Shown: positions 37,537 through 50,928, counted from the whole stretch's first letter. The stretch: 63,514 bases of DNA, filler included, from Octopus bimaculoides (GCF_001194135.2; 10 parts of 10 records of this genome joined end to end with filler, not necessarily neighbours in it); one strand, 5' to 3'. Numbers and translations: made by a program. Notes: generated by a model not told the origin, from the letters alone.

Positions 37537-37692
37537 TTCTACTGAAAGCACAAAGCCTGAAACCTGGAGTTGGGGTGGACTAGTTGATTACATAGACCCA
37601 GTGTTTCACTGGTACTTAATTTATCGATCCCAAAAGAATGAAAGGCAAAATCGACCTCGGCGGAATTTGAACTCAGAACGTAGCGACGGGCA
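37537..37692 (-). mobile_element. SINE family A (tail type 1)
   Basis: TTCTACTGAAAGCACAAAGCCTGAAA...ACTGGTACTTAATTTATCGA...GGCGGAATTTGAACTCAGAACG. Confidence 0.85.
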
Positions 37693-38493
37693 ATAGTAAC
37701 AAATGGAGTACCAGGCAGTGGCTCTCATGGCTTGTTATCTAAACTGATTGGATGTATTATCATGTACATTGTTTTGTTTTGGTATAAAAGATGGGCTACA
37801 GCAAATATTCTGCTCGATACTACAGGTTGTTGTTGTCGCTGCCAACACTCTCGTCGGTCAGCTCACAGTCATTTAGTAGAATGGGTGAAGGAAAAGAAGG
37901 AAAGTTTTCGGCTGTAGAAGGCGCTGGTGGGAATAACAGTTCTCCTACTCGATGCTCTCATGATGCCTATTGTTGATGCCATCTTGTATATATATCTTGT
38001 TTTTTAAAAACTAAACAGGCGTTCTTTGGAAGGCAAAATATCACCCCTTACGGAGCAAAATAACCATAAACTACCAGTCAAAAGACTTGGTGTTCTCAGT
38101 AACAAATTTAAGAAATCAATAGACATAACGGTGTCATGAATTGTGATTAAAAAGTCATCAAAACCTTAGCAGATTTATTGTCACTCAAAGTGGACATGAC
38201 AAGGAGTTCACTGACCACCGACATCAAACATCAAACAGTCATCAACATTCACCCATTCCTATTCATACGTACGTACAATAGATACACATCCACACTTAGA
38301 TTATTCGATGTCATTGTTAAACCACAGCCTAATTTAAATAACTGAATTTAGATGGTATATTTATATGATCTCATTGTTTCATATTTGCCTGTTTTAAGTC
38401 ACACCTTATCCTATATGTTCGAATGAATAACTTAAATGAATCTAATGTTGACTATGTCCGGATCGATATTTAAAATCTTACCTGTTTAAAATA

Positions 38494-38581
38494 TTACCTG
38501 ATGATGGTGGATAATATATTATAATGTAATCTTTTAAGACTGCATTAAATAAATAAAATTCTATTGAAACAGCTGTCGTAA
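38494..38581 (+). ncRNA. Type-I hammerhead with a long AT-rich stem II insert
   Basis: TTAC|CTGATGA|61-nt region|GAA|ACAGCTGT|C|GTAA: 4-bp stem I, perfect core, 8-nt palindromic stem III, GUC triplet. Confidence 0.65.
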
Positions 38582-38826
38582 ATTATAAATGTTATTTGTA
38601 TTTACTTTTTATACCAACGATCCCCGATCACTTGGATCTATGGTTTAAATCAGATTTAGTATTTGCACATCTACAGTATCCTACCGATACTTGATGTCAT
38701 CGATGTTTACTCCACTGTAAATTATCGTACCTAGCCATCTCTGGTGTTCTATGAGTTGGTGTGCCTTGATTCTTATGAATCCTAATTACAAAATCATGTG
38801 AGTGTGTGTGTATGAATGTGCGTATG

Positions 38827-38881
<55 letters not shown>

Positions 38882-39031
38882 GGAGAATTAAATAAGGCGA
38901 GTGTCAGTTGCCGTACTGTAGTCCTTAAGCTAGTAGGAGCGAGATCGTTCGCTTTGCATACTCTTTATATTTGGTAGGCCTGGCTGTTGACATCAGCTGG
39001 TATTGAATAACGCTGTACTCATGTTTGTTAC

Positions 39032-39330
39032 TACACTCAGATCCAGTCTGGACAGATTTCTGGTAAAGTCATCATTTGAAAGTTCGGTAGATTAGAAACA
39101 AATCCCGAGTTCAAATCAAAGTATAGAACTGTTACATAATATAATTTTACCTAATTTAGGCACTGCATTCCATCAAGAAGACTCAAAGTGTCTGGTTTTA
39201 TTGCGTGTGTGTCCCTTTTTTTAAAAATTGACTTACCTCGCTCCCCTTGAATTGCTAGCTGGTTTCGTCTTACTGGGAAATGACATACTGGGAAAGGAGT
39301 TACACTCAGATCCAGTCTGGACAGATTTCT
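39032..39330 (+). repeat. Exact 30-bp direct repeat pair
   Basis: TACACTCAGATCCAGTCTGGACAGATTTCT at 39032-39061 and 39301-39330. Confidence 0.9.
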
Positions 39331-41556
39331 TTTTTACTTATTTCGGCTAGAGAAGAGTTTCCTTTTTCTGCTGATAGTGCAGGTTATTTACTCTGACAGC
39401 TCATAGTTTAGTCGCTGCCAATATTTTTTTTTTATCTGGTTGCTTATCGGTTGCTGTTCTTGGTGTATACGGCCTTTAAATGTACTGCTCCAACACATGA
39501 AACTTTTGGGATGCTGCAAGCCAATTGTCTATATCTGCTTGCATTACTGTAGTTTCTACACCGCTGATCTTTTTGTTTCTGGAATGCAAACAGGCATGTG
39601 TTTCGCAGTGGTACTTTTCCATCAGTTTTTCAGATAAGGAGATGATAGTTTAATACTTCATTCACACAATCTCTATGATTTTCCTTTCAGCTTGTTCTGT
39701 GGGAAACTACTGTTCATGTAAATGTATATATTTTTTCTCTGATGCTATCTTTTTCATTCGCTTTACTATTTTTTCTGCTTCTGTTGACATTATAACCACT
39801 ACCTCTGCTGCTGTTGCTGTATTTTTCAAATTACACCAACTGAAAAATGTTAACGAAGACGTTAATGTTTATGCTGTTATTGCTATTTTGGCTAACATTA
39901 TCAATGCATAAAATGGTCTCATTTCCTTTATCCTCTCTTGAAAGAGGAGGCTTGATACTACTGTTTGTGAATCATCTCCTGCAATCATGAATGTGGCCAT
40001 ATTGGAAAAATTTTCCTCAATTAAAAACGGAAACAAATAAATGATTTCTTCCTATAAATGGGTGAGACACAGTAGTGTAGGTAGAGTTGGGGACAAAAGA
40101 ACAACCGCTCCCACATGTACATTTTTCAAAAGTGGCTCGTTTTCAAGTTTCTTTTTAACTCATTAGTTCATTTGTGCGACAAAAGTCGTATCTTGTTACT
40201 TAATCCTTTTTCATCGCATAACCTAAACATTCGGAAAACGTTCTGAACCCATCCCTTTTCTTAACTAATCTTCCAGTATTTTCAACTGTCTGCTTAATTT
40301 CATATGGTGCGTTGGTGGTCGCTGGTATCTGGGGAAGGAAAACAAACCATGACATCATAAATCCCTGATTCCGGACGACCAAAGATTTTCATTTTTTTCA
40401 TCTCACAAGTCACAACCCCAGTAATTTAAGTTTCGTTCTTGATGACAATGTTACTGGAACATGCAAATTAATCAATATGATATACAATTATGTACATATA
40501 GTGGTTCATCTAACAGAAATTTTTGTTGTCTCACTTTTTAAGGCGTTCATTTTCGGTCTTTCTTTTGTACCAGTTTAGCGTGTAGCCACAAAATATCTGG
40601 TTGACAGAACAGAAATCTGTGTGAAGTCTAAATGCACAAATATTTATTTATAGTTAACAAAAAATGCTGTCGTTACGAAAATACTACCCCTATATCTTTT
40701 CTCTTTTTCTTCCTACCCTCCTCCTTCTTTATCTCTTACTTTCTCTCGTTCGCTTCGACAACATGCTGAGGTAAACTTCAACAAATTATGCATTCGTACA
40801 AGCCTCAACAGAAATTCTGCATTAGCAAGAGTAAACAAGCAGGTCCTGTACTATCACAATTAAAGATTATTCTACTAAAGAAAGAACACTAATATTCCAA
40901 AATCAATGGGCTTGAACATAGACAAGTACAAACTTTCGCTGTTCTTTCGAGCAGTTTCAAAGCATTTATATACTTTCACTGCCCTCCCTTAAACCCTTGA
41001 TATTTTTCTATACTATATAACCTGCATGTAGTTTGCTTGTTTAAATGTTTTTATTTTTAATATCTTACAAGATAATCTCATGTATGCAGTATTATTTTGC
41101 TTTTTTTTGCGCATAGGCCTTACGAACACCTTTATTAGTACTGTTTATTCTCAGCAAATCACTTTATTTGATATGACATCATTGTCCAGCTTACTTTATT
41201 CAACTTGAATTTATACAGTTAGGTACGTACTTGCACACGTTACTTAATACTTTTATTCGTTTTCTTTGTACAATTATAGACAGCTATATAATAATGTGTT
41301 ACTTCTCTCTCTTTCTCACTTACACAAATTTTATCTACAATTTGATAACTACCGATAGTTACTAAATATAATATAACTAATAACATATTTCGCATACTGT
41401 AAAAGAAATGAAACTGAGTGTGTAGTTGAGCGATTCATTTGATGGTTACAAGAATCATTGCTCCATATTTCATTATTATATATATTCTTCTCTCACAGAC
41501 ACTGACACTATCACAGACATTTTCGTATGATAAGAAATACGACGGAGAAAAGTATT

Positions 41557-41787
41557 TATTTCTTTATTGCCCACAAAGGGCTAAACATAGAAGGGACAAA
41601 TAAGGACAGACAAAGGGATTAACTCGATTACATCGACCCCAGTGAGTAAGTGGTACTTATTTAGTCGACCTCGAAAGGATGAAAAGCAAAATTGACCTCC
41701 GCTGAATTCGAACTCAGAACGTAACGGCAGACGAAATACCACTACGCATTTTTCCCAGCGGCTAACGATTCTGCCAACTCGTCTCCT
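41557..41787 (-). mobile_element. Full-length SINE family A (tail type 2) with 17-bp target-site duplication
   Basis: TSD CGACGGAGAAAAGTATT at 41540-41556 and 41788-41804; complete head-core-tail between. Confidence 0.92.
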
Positions 41788-42817
41788 CGACGGAGAAAAG
41801 TATTATGAAGAAGAAATTCAATCGGTCGAGCGGAAACAAGACGGACGTTGTAATTCGAGAAAAAGTACTGCCAAAATGTCCGCGATTGAACGCCAAATTT
41901 TCATTTGGAAAAAACTCGACATCTGTTGCATCAGAGGTGAAACTCGCTGAAGACTTGCTACTTTCTTTCAGACTGAGACATCCAAGGTCATTCTGGTACT
42001 CAAGAAAAACTTGCAAGTAACTACTCTCAGCATGTGGGTCGATGACACTGCACAGGTGATGGCTGTTGAGCCTCTAGAAAATATGAGCACTTCAGAAGAC
42101 TGTAATCTAGATGACAATGACGACAAAGTAAATGAAATACATGATCTCATACGTACTTTGCTTGAGTTAGGCACATATCTCCTGCTTTTAATTTAAACAG
42201 TTTTTCAGTGAACGTCATTTCAGCGCAGCTTGGTAAAGAAACGGATAAGAAGTATTGTGAAATGGTTAGGCACTGGTCGGTTTACTTAAGAAGGGTAAAC
42301 ATTGTGCTTCTTTAGTTCGTTAGCTTTTTGAAAATCGGTTGGATGTTTAGAATGATCAAAAAACCAGTTACAAGTCTTTGGAAAAGACATGAAAAAGGCG
42401 AAACCCACAAAAAAGTGGAGAAAAATATTTCCTACGAAATCTCGTTTGTTCAGAGATAAAATTGCCTCGGCTCGTCTTATAAATATGGAAAGGAAAGAGA
42501 CAGAGGAAACCAAGGTGATTGTCACCTATATTAAAGATGATATTCTGTTTTGGGGAAAACAAGGATTATAGTTTCGTGCTATTGCAAGTTTTAAGATTTA
42601 CGTTCTCCAAGTACAAAAAGTACAAATGAAAGCAAATTTTTCAAGTTTATTTAGGTGTTTGCAAAATACGATACATTCCGAGAGCCTAGAGTTACATTTA
42701 TTGCTGAGTGATCAAAATGTAACATATTGCAAACATAAATTTATCTGATACATTCCTCAATTTTGTTTTATAAAGATAATAGCTGAAAACAATGCGGCCA
42801 AGTACTTTTCAATAACT

Positions 42818-43193
42818 ATTCCTTTTTACTCTAGGCAGAAGGCCCTAAATTTTTTGGGAAAAGCCAGTCGATTAGATCGACCCCAATACGCAACTGGTAC
42901 TTAATTTATCGACTCCGAAAGTATGAAAGGCAAAGTCGACCTCGGCGGAATTTGAACTCAGAACGTAAAGACAGACGAAATACCGCTAAGCATTTCGCCC
43001 GGTGTGCTAACGTTTCTTATTTCTTTACTGCTCACAAGGGGCTACACACAGAGGGGACAAACAAGGACAGACAAAGGGATTAAGTCGATTACATCGACCC
43101 AAGTGTGTAACTGGTACTTAATTTATCGACCCCGAAAGGATGAAAGGCAAAGTCGACCTCGGCGGAATTTGAACTCAGAACGTAACGGCAGAC
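42818..43193 (-). mobile_element. Two tandem SINE family A copies (tail type 1, then type 2)
   Basis: Two consecutive AACTGGTACTTAATTTATCGAC.CCGAAAG.ATGAAAGGCAAAGTCGACCTCGGCGGAATTTGAACTCAGAACG blocks with different tails. Confidence 0.9.
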
Positions 43194-43293
43194 NNNNNNN
43201 NNNNNNNNNNNNNNNNNNNNNNNNNNNNNNNNNNNNNTTAATTAATTAANNNNNNNNNNNNNNNNNNNNNNNNNNNNNNNNNNNNNNNNNNNN

Positions 43294-43326
<33 letters not shown>

Positions 43327-43399
43327 TCAAAAGGACCAAGGTTCTTCTCGAGTCAGAGGCTCATAAGGCACGTTTCTCGGATTCTGTGCTCCGTACATA

Positions 43400-43586
43400 T
43401 TCCTTTCCAGGCCGGGACACCAGTCTATAGCAGGAGTACTCATTTTTGCCAGCCCGGTGGAATGGAGCAAAGTGAAATGGAATTCTTTTTGCTCAAGACC
43501 ACAACATATCGTCCAGTGAACGAATCAATATCACGATCATACGATTATGAGTGTAAAACACCCTAACCACTAAGCCACGTGCCTCC
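43400..43586 (-). mobile_element. SINE family D
   Basis: GGGACACCAGTCTATAGCAGG...TTTTTGCCAGC...GCTCAAGACCACAAC...ACGATCATACGAT...CCCTAACCACTAAGCCACGTGCC. Confidence 0.65.
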
Positions 43587-44664
43587 ACACATACACACAC
43601 ATACACACGCGCACGCGTACACTCATATGTATTTATGCAAATATATATATGAATATTTATATATATATAAACTGATATGTTAAAACATTTATATATACAT
43701 ACATATGTACATAAATATATACATGTGTGTGTGTCTGTGTCTGTGTGTGTCTGTGTTTCTGTGTATTTGAACTGCATCCAGTGGTGGAGCCCTAGTACGG
43801 AAGTTCCAAGGTTTAACCAGTGTTGTTGTCAGGCCCAGCCTCATCCAGAGCTGTAGCACCTATTAGGATCCCTTATGGATAAACTAGCATGTGAACCATA
43901 GGAAGTGTAATGACCTCCAGTTCACGTTAGAACTTCCTTTTAGGAGAAGGTAAGCTTGTATGATAAACCTCAAGTGCAGCTTGGTAACTGGTCGTCTCAA
44001 CCTCTGTTGTGCCATTGGTTTTATAGCTGATTGTGCTGGAAAGTGGGTTCGGTGCTGTGCAACACTTTATCCACTCAAAATAAACTCACGTACACGGAAC
44101 TTCTTCGATCCTCGTAACATTTGCATGAAGTTACTGAGTTTAGGGAGCGGTTATACTCGGTCACGAGTAGACTTCCACCATTTATATACGCACGTATATA
44201 CCTACATGCATATTTGTACAGGCGTATGGAATGAGTTCCTTCAACTTCAGCTAGATTAACGGTACCCACCTAAGTTACAGTTCACCGTGTTTTTGTTCCC
44301 CAAATGCTGCCTTATTGCAGTGAGACTAAGAGCACCTACGCCAGACAAGAATGACGTCTCAATGCTTTCTATCAATGCATTCAGGGACAGATCTTAGACA
44401 TCAAGTTGACTGACCAAGTTATACAAAATGTAGTCCCCGCTGACTCATAAATACGCAGCCTCTTCATTCTACTGCAGCGATGTTGTCTCATTGGTTGGGC
44501 CACGCCCACCACAACTCAAAAATATACACAAGTACACACACATAATATTGACGGATTCCATAAATATATATTAGCCATGACGTGGATATATATCAGTCAC
44601 CATGCTTGACCGCTAAATCCACAAGTTTTTTTAATTTTTTATTTTCTCTCTCTGCTTATTTTCT

Positions 44665-44802
44665 CTTATTCCTTTCCGTTGAAGAGCGTCCGCTCGAAAC
44701 GTAAAAGACTTTCTCACTTTTCCGAGCGTCAAACTAATACACCTGCTTGTTGTTCATACAGCCGTCTTCGTCTTTTGCTTTTCTGTAAATTTCAACTATA
44801 CA
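44665..44802 (+). mobile_element. PLE-type 3' end with damaged hammerhead (family of 34.4 kb)
   Basis: CTTT..TTGAAGAGCGTCCGCTCGAAACGTAAAAGAC...AAACTAATACACCTGCTTGTTGTT. Confidence 0.6.
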
Positions 44803-44831
44803 TGCATACACACACACACACNNNNNNNNNN

Positions 44832-44880
<49 letters not shown>

Positions 44881-47800
44881 TATATATATATATATATATA
44901 TATACGCATATATAGAGTTCAAATTTACAGAAAACAAAAGACGAAAACAGGTATGGGAACAAGTGTGTTTATTACTTTATATATGTATGTATGTATGCAT
45001 GTATGTATGTATATGCACAGCCATACCAACACACGCACATATACATACACACAAACACACATAAATATAAGCTCATATAGAGACACGGCTATGTACAGTT
45101 TTGAAATACTGACGCTCACGTAAGGCTTTGTTTTGGATAAAGTATACTGTGTTTGTGCGCGTAGCCGTGAAAAACCTTCTTAGGTATGTGAACGGTACGC
45201 CGAATATGATTAGCACCTGCATTTTATGTACAGTTAGTAGCAGAATAGGGCTTTAGTAATTTCTACATCTGGAGATGCGTATAGTCTTTCGGATATATTC
45301 TCGGCATTTGGCATGAGAGATAACAAGAGAATGAGAAAGCCGCTCGTGGTGACTAAGATAGCTTTAGATATGTTATGGAGTTATATTTATATATAGGAAC
45401 AGTGAAATGTAATAATGTTTCTATGAGCAAAACCCGTAAAAATTTCAAAGATTTCGTCAGTGAATGCAAGAAACTTTAACTCTCTGCAACGGTGAACAGC
45501 GGGCAAGAAATATATATATATACTTATCCGAGACAGTATTAAATTAAAAGAGCCATCTATGTATGTTTCTTAATGTACATGCACCGTTGGTAGTTGTATA
45601 TGCAATAAGAATATGGATGTGCATATCTTTATCACAGGACGTTCTTTAGAATGTTATCTTTGAGCAAATACCGCGGTAACTGGCCTATCAACAGTGTATA
45701 TACAGTATATTATGTATGACACATAGATGGCAATGTGTGTGCGCGCGCGAGCTTGAGTGTGTGTGTGTGTGTATGTGTGTGTGTGTGTGTGTGTGTGCGT
45801 GCGTGTACGTGTGTGTGTGTTTGTGCGCACGTGTGTAGATAGATAAGCTGACAGAAAGATAAAAAGATTGGAGAGGAAGTGTTTAGAGAAACGTTGATGA
45901 ATCGATAAAGATGTATTGTCATACACACTCTCATACATACACATATACACACATATGTACAGATATATGTGTATACACAAACATACACATAGACATATAG
46001 TTGTACATATGATGAGAACTTTAAAAACAAGTATTATATGAATTATTGAATGCGCCTTGTCGACAGTAACCCTCATTAAAAAAAGGATTATTATTATGTC
46101 ATTATAGGGACCTGATTTCGAAGTTACTGTTTGATATAACATGCCGAGGTTGAGTGTGGATGATGACTGTGAAGGGCTGTAGCTTCTGTGCAGGAATATC
46201 GTTAAAACACTATGTTTTGGTAAGAAACGATTTGCCAGTGATACAGAAAGATGCGTTGTAGAAAGTGGAAAACAGATGTATATACCACATAGAGTGTACT
46301 AACTCACACACAGACACACTTGCACGCACTTGAACACACTTGCACACACACATACGCACAGACATAGGCACACACGCGAACACACACGCACAGGCCCATA
46401 AACACGTTCAAACGCATATACACCTTCAATCACGCACACACGCATACACGCATACATACATACAAGTATGTATACATGCGTACATAAATATATACATAAA
46501 TACATACATGCAAACATATATATAACACGCATACAGACAGGCACTCCCACACAAATACACCTACATACAAACATACACATATACGCATATCAAATACAAG
46601 TATATATACATGCATACAGACATGCATACATACATGCGTACGTACGTACATACACACATACATATATTACACACATTACGGAGTCACAGAGATTTAGTTC
46701 TGAATTTAGAGATGCACTCACTTTTGAAGGTATATGCGTGTATATGTACGCGCGTGCGCCTGTGTGTGCGTATATACATATACTCATGCATACATACATA
46801 ATACATACATACATAGATACACACACACACACACGCACGCAAGCCCACATACATACATACATACATACATACAATATATACATAAGCCCAATCAATCACA
46901 AATGTATCCACGTGCACTAACGCACATACATACTCACACAATAGTACACACATATTCGTAGACATATCGTTGGCATTTTTCTTTGTCGTAACTCTTTTCC
47001 CGTCCAAATTCTAAATAGAATATGACAAGTAAAAGTCAGGTAGGATTTCCAAAAAGCATTGTTGGAAGAAATCTTCTTCAGTGATCTCTCAGTAATTCCA
47101 AGACAAATTCCGGTAGAATTGGTCTATAGATGGCGTGTTCTCTTGTCTGCTCCACTGATTCTTACTTATCTAATGGACTTACGTCCAATAGTAACCTTTT
47201 CTTCTTACTTGTCCGCATATCTACATATATAGGTTGGTGTTGATGATGGAAGCGGAGTGTTTGTTGGTGTGTGGAGTATATGTTATGTGTATGTGTGTCT
47301 GTTTATGTGGTGTGTAACTGTGGGTAACTGTGCGAGTGTGTGTGTGAGAGTGAGTTTGTGTTGTGTATGTGAGAGTGTGAGTATGTGTTGGGTGTGTGAG
47401 AGTGTGAGTTTGTGCTGTGTGTGTATGGTGCGTGTAACTGTGTGAATATGTGTGTGAGTCAGTGTGAGTGTGGGTGCGTTTGCATGTATTTAAGATTTTT
47501 AGATATGTGTTTCTTTGCGTGTGTTGTTTATATATGTAGGCAGATTGCAAGTATGTATGTATGACTATATGTATGTATATGAAAGTATGTATATACGCAT
47601 GCATATGCAAACAACTGTATGTTGTTTGTGTGTATGTGAGTGTATGTGTGTGTAGTTTATTTAAACCAATCCAATGTTTGTCTGGAAACTTTAGAGTGAA
47701 AGACCACTAGACTGGCGTCAAAAAATTACTGTAAAATAGGTTTGTATTGAGTGCTGCTGCACATACGCCATAGAAACCGGGAAACCGTGCCCATGAGCCT

Positions 47801-48324
47801 GGCTAGGCTTTAAAAGGGCGCATAAATAAAACAATAAAAAAATTTGAAACACACACGAAGTATCATGTGCGTATATATATGTACGTGGATACCTACATAT
47901 GCATTTGTATATATTTATGTTTGCCTGTATTTGTTTGTGTGTGTATGTAAGCATGTACCAACGTTTGTATGTTTAGTGTATATATGCATATATAGGTTTT
48001 TTGGTAGGTGTATGTATTACTTAACGTATATGTATTTTTATGATGTTAGTTCTTTGTAAATGTTTTTATTTTAAATGGACATATCATATTAAATTAATTA
48101 TTTTTTACCATTAATTAATTTACCCTGGGTATACAGGTTTTCCCTTGTACTAAAACTAATTTTTGATTTAAGGTTTTTTTAAAATTTTTATATGATTTTA
48201 AATCGTAATTGCAATTTCATATAACCGGTTATTGTAAAGACCGTTAGTTGAAAGGACCAATGAAACAAAATCATTTTCAAATGTGTATCTATTATAGCAA
48301 TTGTATATAACCATATTTTGTTCC

Positions 48325-48400
48325 ATTCTAAATCAAAACTGTCCGACGAATGGGAACTTGAAACACTGAGTAACAGTTTTTGTGATGTCTTTACAGTTTT
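48325..48400 (+). ncRNA. Second copy of the U4C hammerhead family, degenerate stems II and III (48335-48380)
   Basis: AAAACTGT|CCGACGA|ATGGGAACTT|GAA|ACACTGAGT|A|ACAGTTTT; homologous to 22.8 kb. Confidence 0.65.
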
Positions 48401-48693
48401 TTTTATAAAGTATATATANNNNNNNNNNNNNNNNNNNNNNNNNNNNNNNNNNNNNNNNNNNNNNNNNNNNNNNNNNNNNNNNNNNNNNNNNNNNNNNNAT
48501 ATATATATATATATATATATATATACTTGAGACGAGAGGGATGTGATGGACTGATGGACAACGTAAATGGTTACAATCGGGAGACAATAATTCAGAAGGA
48601 GGCGGAGAGAAAGGAACCACACACAAAAATATTAACATAAAAGTTTGTGAACAGCGAATTGTACGCCGAAAAATGGAAGAGGAAGATAAGTAG

Positions 48694-48725
48694 ACTAACG
48701 TTTCGAGTGAACCCTTTATCAGAGT
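48694..48725 (-). ncRNA. Hammerhead remnant (G8A) at a PLE-type end
   Basis: Minus: ACT|CTGATAA|A|GGGT-TC-ACTC|GAAACGT|T|AGT; palindrome AACGTT at 48697-48702. Confidence 0.55.
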
Positions 48726-50637
48726 AGAGTATGATAGAAGTAAAAGAAATAAGCGAAAAGTAAAACAGAAATAAGCAAGAAGAAAGAAACAAGAAAAGAA
48801 ACGCTACCTGTACATATGTTGGGCATGACAAGTAAACGTCTGTGTATAGAATCTCTGTTTGAAATCACAACTGGATTCAGAGCAATTATAGGTTTTTATA
48901 GGGCATTATTATGTTTGCAATGTCCATTAAGATAATTTTTTTTTGCTCTTTATTTCTGGAGGACCTCATAGTATTATTTATAACAAAAGACGGAAAATTA
49001 TTATAGTTATCTGTATTATTAGGCACGTTCAGTATTATATTTACCGAATTATATTTTCAGTTTTAATAAGACTACAGCCACCTAGACTATTAATATTTGT
49101 CACGGAAGAAAATATATTCATATGCTTATAGTTTTTTTATCATATCCTTAAAAGGGGTAATAATATTCTCAGGATTATCAATATTAGAAGTTATAGTTTA
49201 ACTTTTTCCCACTGGTAATAATAATATGTGAGGTTAATTAATTTCAACATGGAATTGAAACCACATCACCCGGGATATAAATTTAGCTGCACGAAACTTA
49301 CTTGTCAGATTGCTCCATCACGCCATGTGCTGATGGAACTCTCTCAAACCAACATTATATCAGAAGCAATAAATATAACCGTTAAGAGATGGAAAGATCC
49401 ATCCATTTGTAGGGAATAGGAAAATGCCTAGTTTTCTTTGAGGCTTAATTTGATTTTGTGACATACACGATTTATTTCAAATACAACAGGAAACGAAACC
49501 GCATCAAATATTTCGTTTTCTGTCAGCTTATAAATTAATCTTCAATGCTCACCCCGAAAAAAGTCTGGCTTGACAGAAATATCCATTATATAAGATGGGT
49601 TTAACCAACAAGTATGTAGTCGCTCGACCTGCCATATTTCTCTCAAATTTCAATCAACTGATTCAAATAATAGTAAACAGTACTCGGTTGTGTAACTTGC
49701 TTGAAATTGCAGCTATAATTCCCTCAAGCCGTATCCTACAGTTTTAAAACAGAAGGATATATTGGAAATGTAGTGCAAGATATAGAAGATGATAGCATGT
49801 TCACAGTTTCAACAACTTAGGTCAAAGGACTGCTTGGCGAACGCTGGCAAATAACAGACAGATAGAAAGATAGATAGATTTGTCAGATATTTAGATTTGT
49901 CTGAAACTCGGACACATGGACAAGTGGAAAGGTAGAAAGATATACAGAGGGAGGGGTGTATATAATACATCGCCTGACAAACATACTCAGTGCAGAGAGA
50001 GAGAGAGAGAGAGAGAGACAAACAGACAGACAAACTAAGAGTGAAAGAAAGAGAGAGTGAGAGAGAGATTGGGAGAGAGATTGAAAGAGAGAGAGTGTGT
50101 GTGTGTGAGGGAGAGATAGACTGATTGAATTAAATGAGCACCTAGTCAAACAAAGATGTTGTTAGGGAATGAATATGAAAAACTAAATGTAAACGAGGTG
50201 AACTGAGTGACGGTGTCCAAAAATTCTTAATTAACTGAAATCTACTTCCTTAGTTGTAGAAAGATAGTAATTAGCAAGGATTTTCTAAGAAAGGATTAGC
50301 AAGGATTTTCTAAAAAAAAAAGGGGAGATAATTTTAAGAAATTAAGAATGAATTTCTGAAATTGATTGTTATATAAATAAATTTATAGACAAGAAACAAT
50401 GGACATGTTACAATTGTATATCAGGTTAGTGTAGCCAATAAAAAATGCTTTGATCAGTGGCAATAAGAAAATATATTGGAAATTCGTTACTAACAATTTT
50501 GCTCATTAAAACTAAAATAATTTTTTAATTTTCAGTTTGCATTGGAAGACAGTAATAGACAAAAGGAAAATAAGAGAGATAGAGAGAGGGGGAGAGAGAA
50601 TGAGAGAAAGGTGGGGAGTGAGAGAGATAGTGTAGAG

Positions 50638-50928
50638 CAGTGCTTCTCAAACTATTTGATGTGGCGTATTGGCAGTTTTTTTCCAGTGTACCAGGGACCG
50701 ATAATATTTCTTAGTAATATTAATTTATACTGGAAACAATATATATAATGAATATCATAAAAGCTGAAAATTTTTTTTTATCTTATATTTTTATTTTGTA
50801 AACAGATAATACAATATTACATAAGCATTTTATAATGTTTCTTTCTTTTCTGGAAAGACGCCGTGTGCCGGCAGCTGATGGCTTGCGGACCAAAACCGGT
50901 CCGCGGACCACCACTTTGAGTAGCACTG
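50638..50928. mobile_element. hAT (Charlie/Buster-type) MITE
   Basis: TIRs CAGTGCTTCTCAAA / TTTGAGTAGCACTG (13 of 14 match); perfect 8-bp TSD GTGTAGAG at 50630-50637 and 50929-50936 with central TA. Confidence 0.95.

Noticed and set aside
39330-40330. Possible Tc1-like transposase relic on minus (HPKSFMCWSS-like motif)
   Set aside because: Only one weak motif; no DDE residues or TIRs could be confirmed.
45405-47090. Additional CTGANGA...GAAA matches on minus near 45.41-45.47 kb and 47.03-47.09 kb
   Set aside because: No consistent stem I/II pairing or NUH site; compatible with chance.
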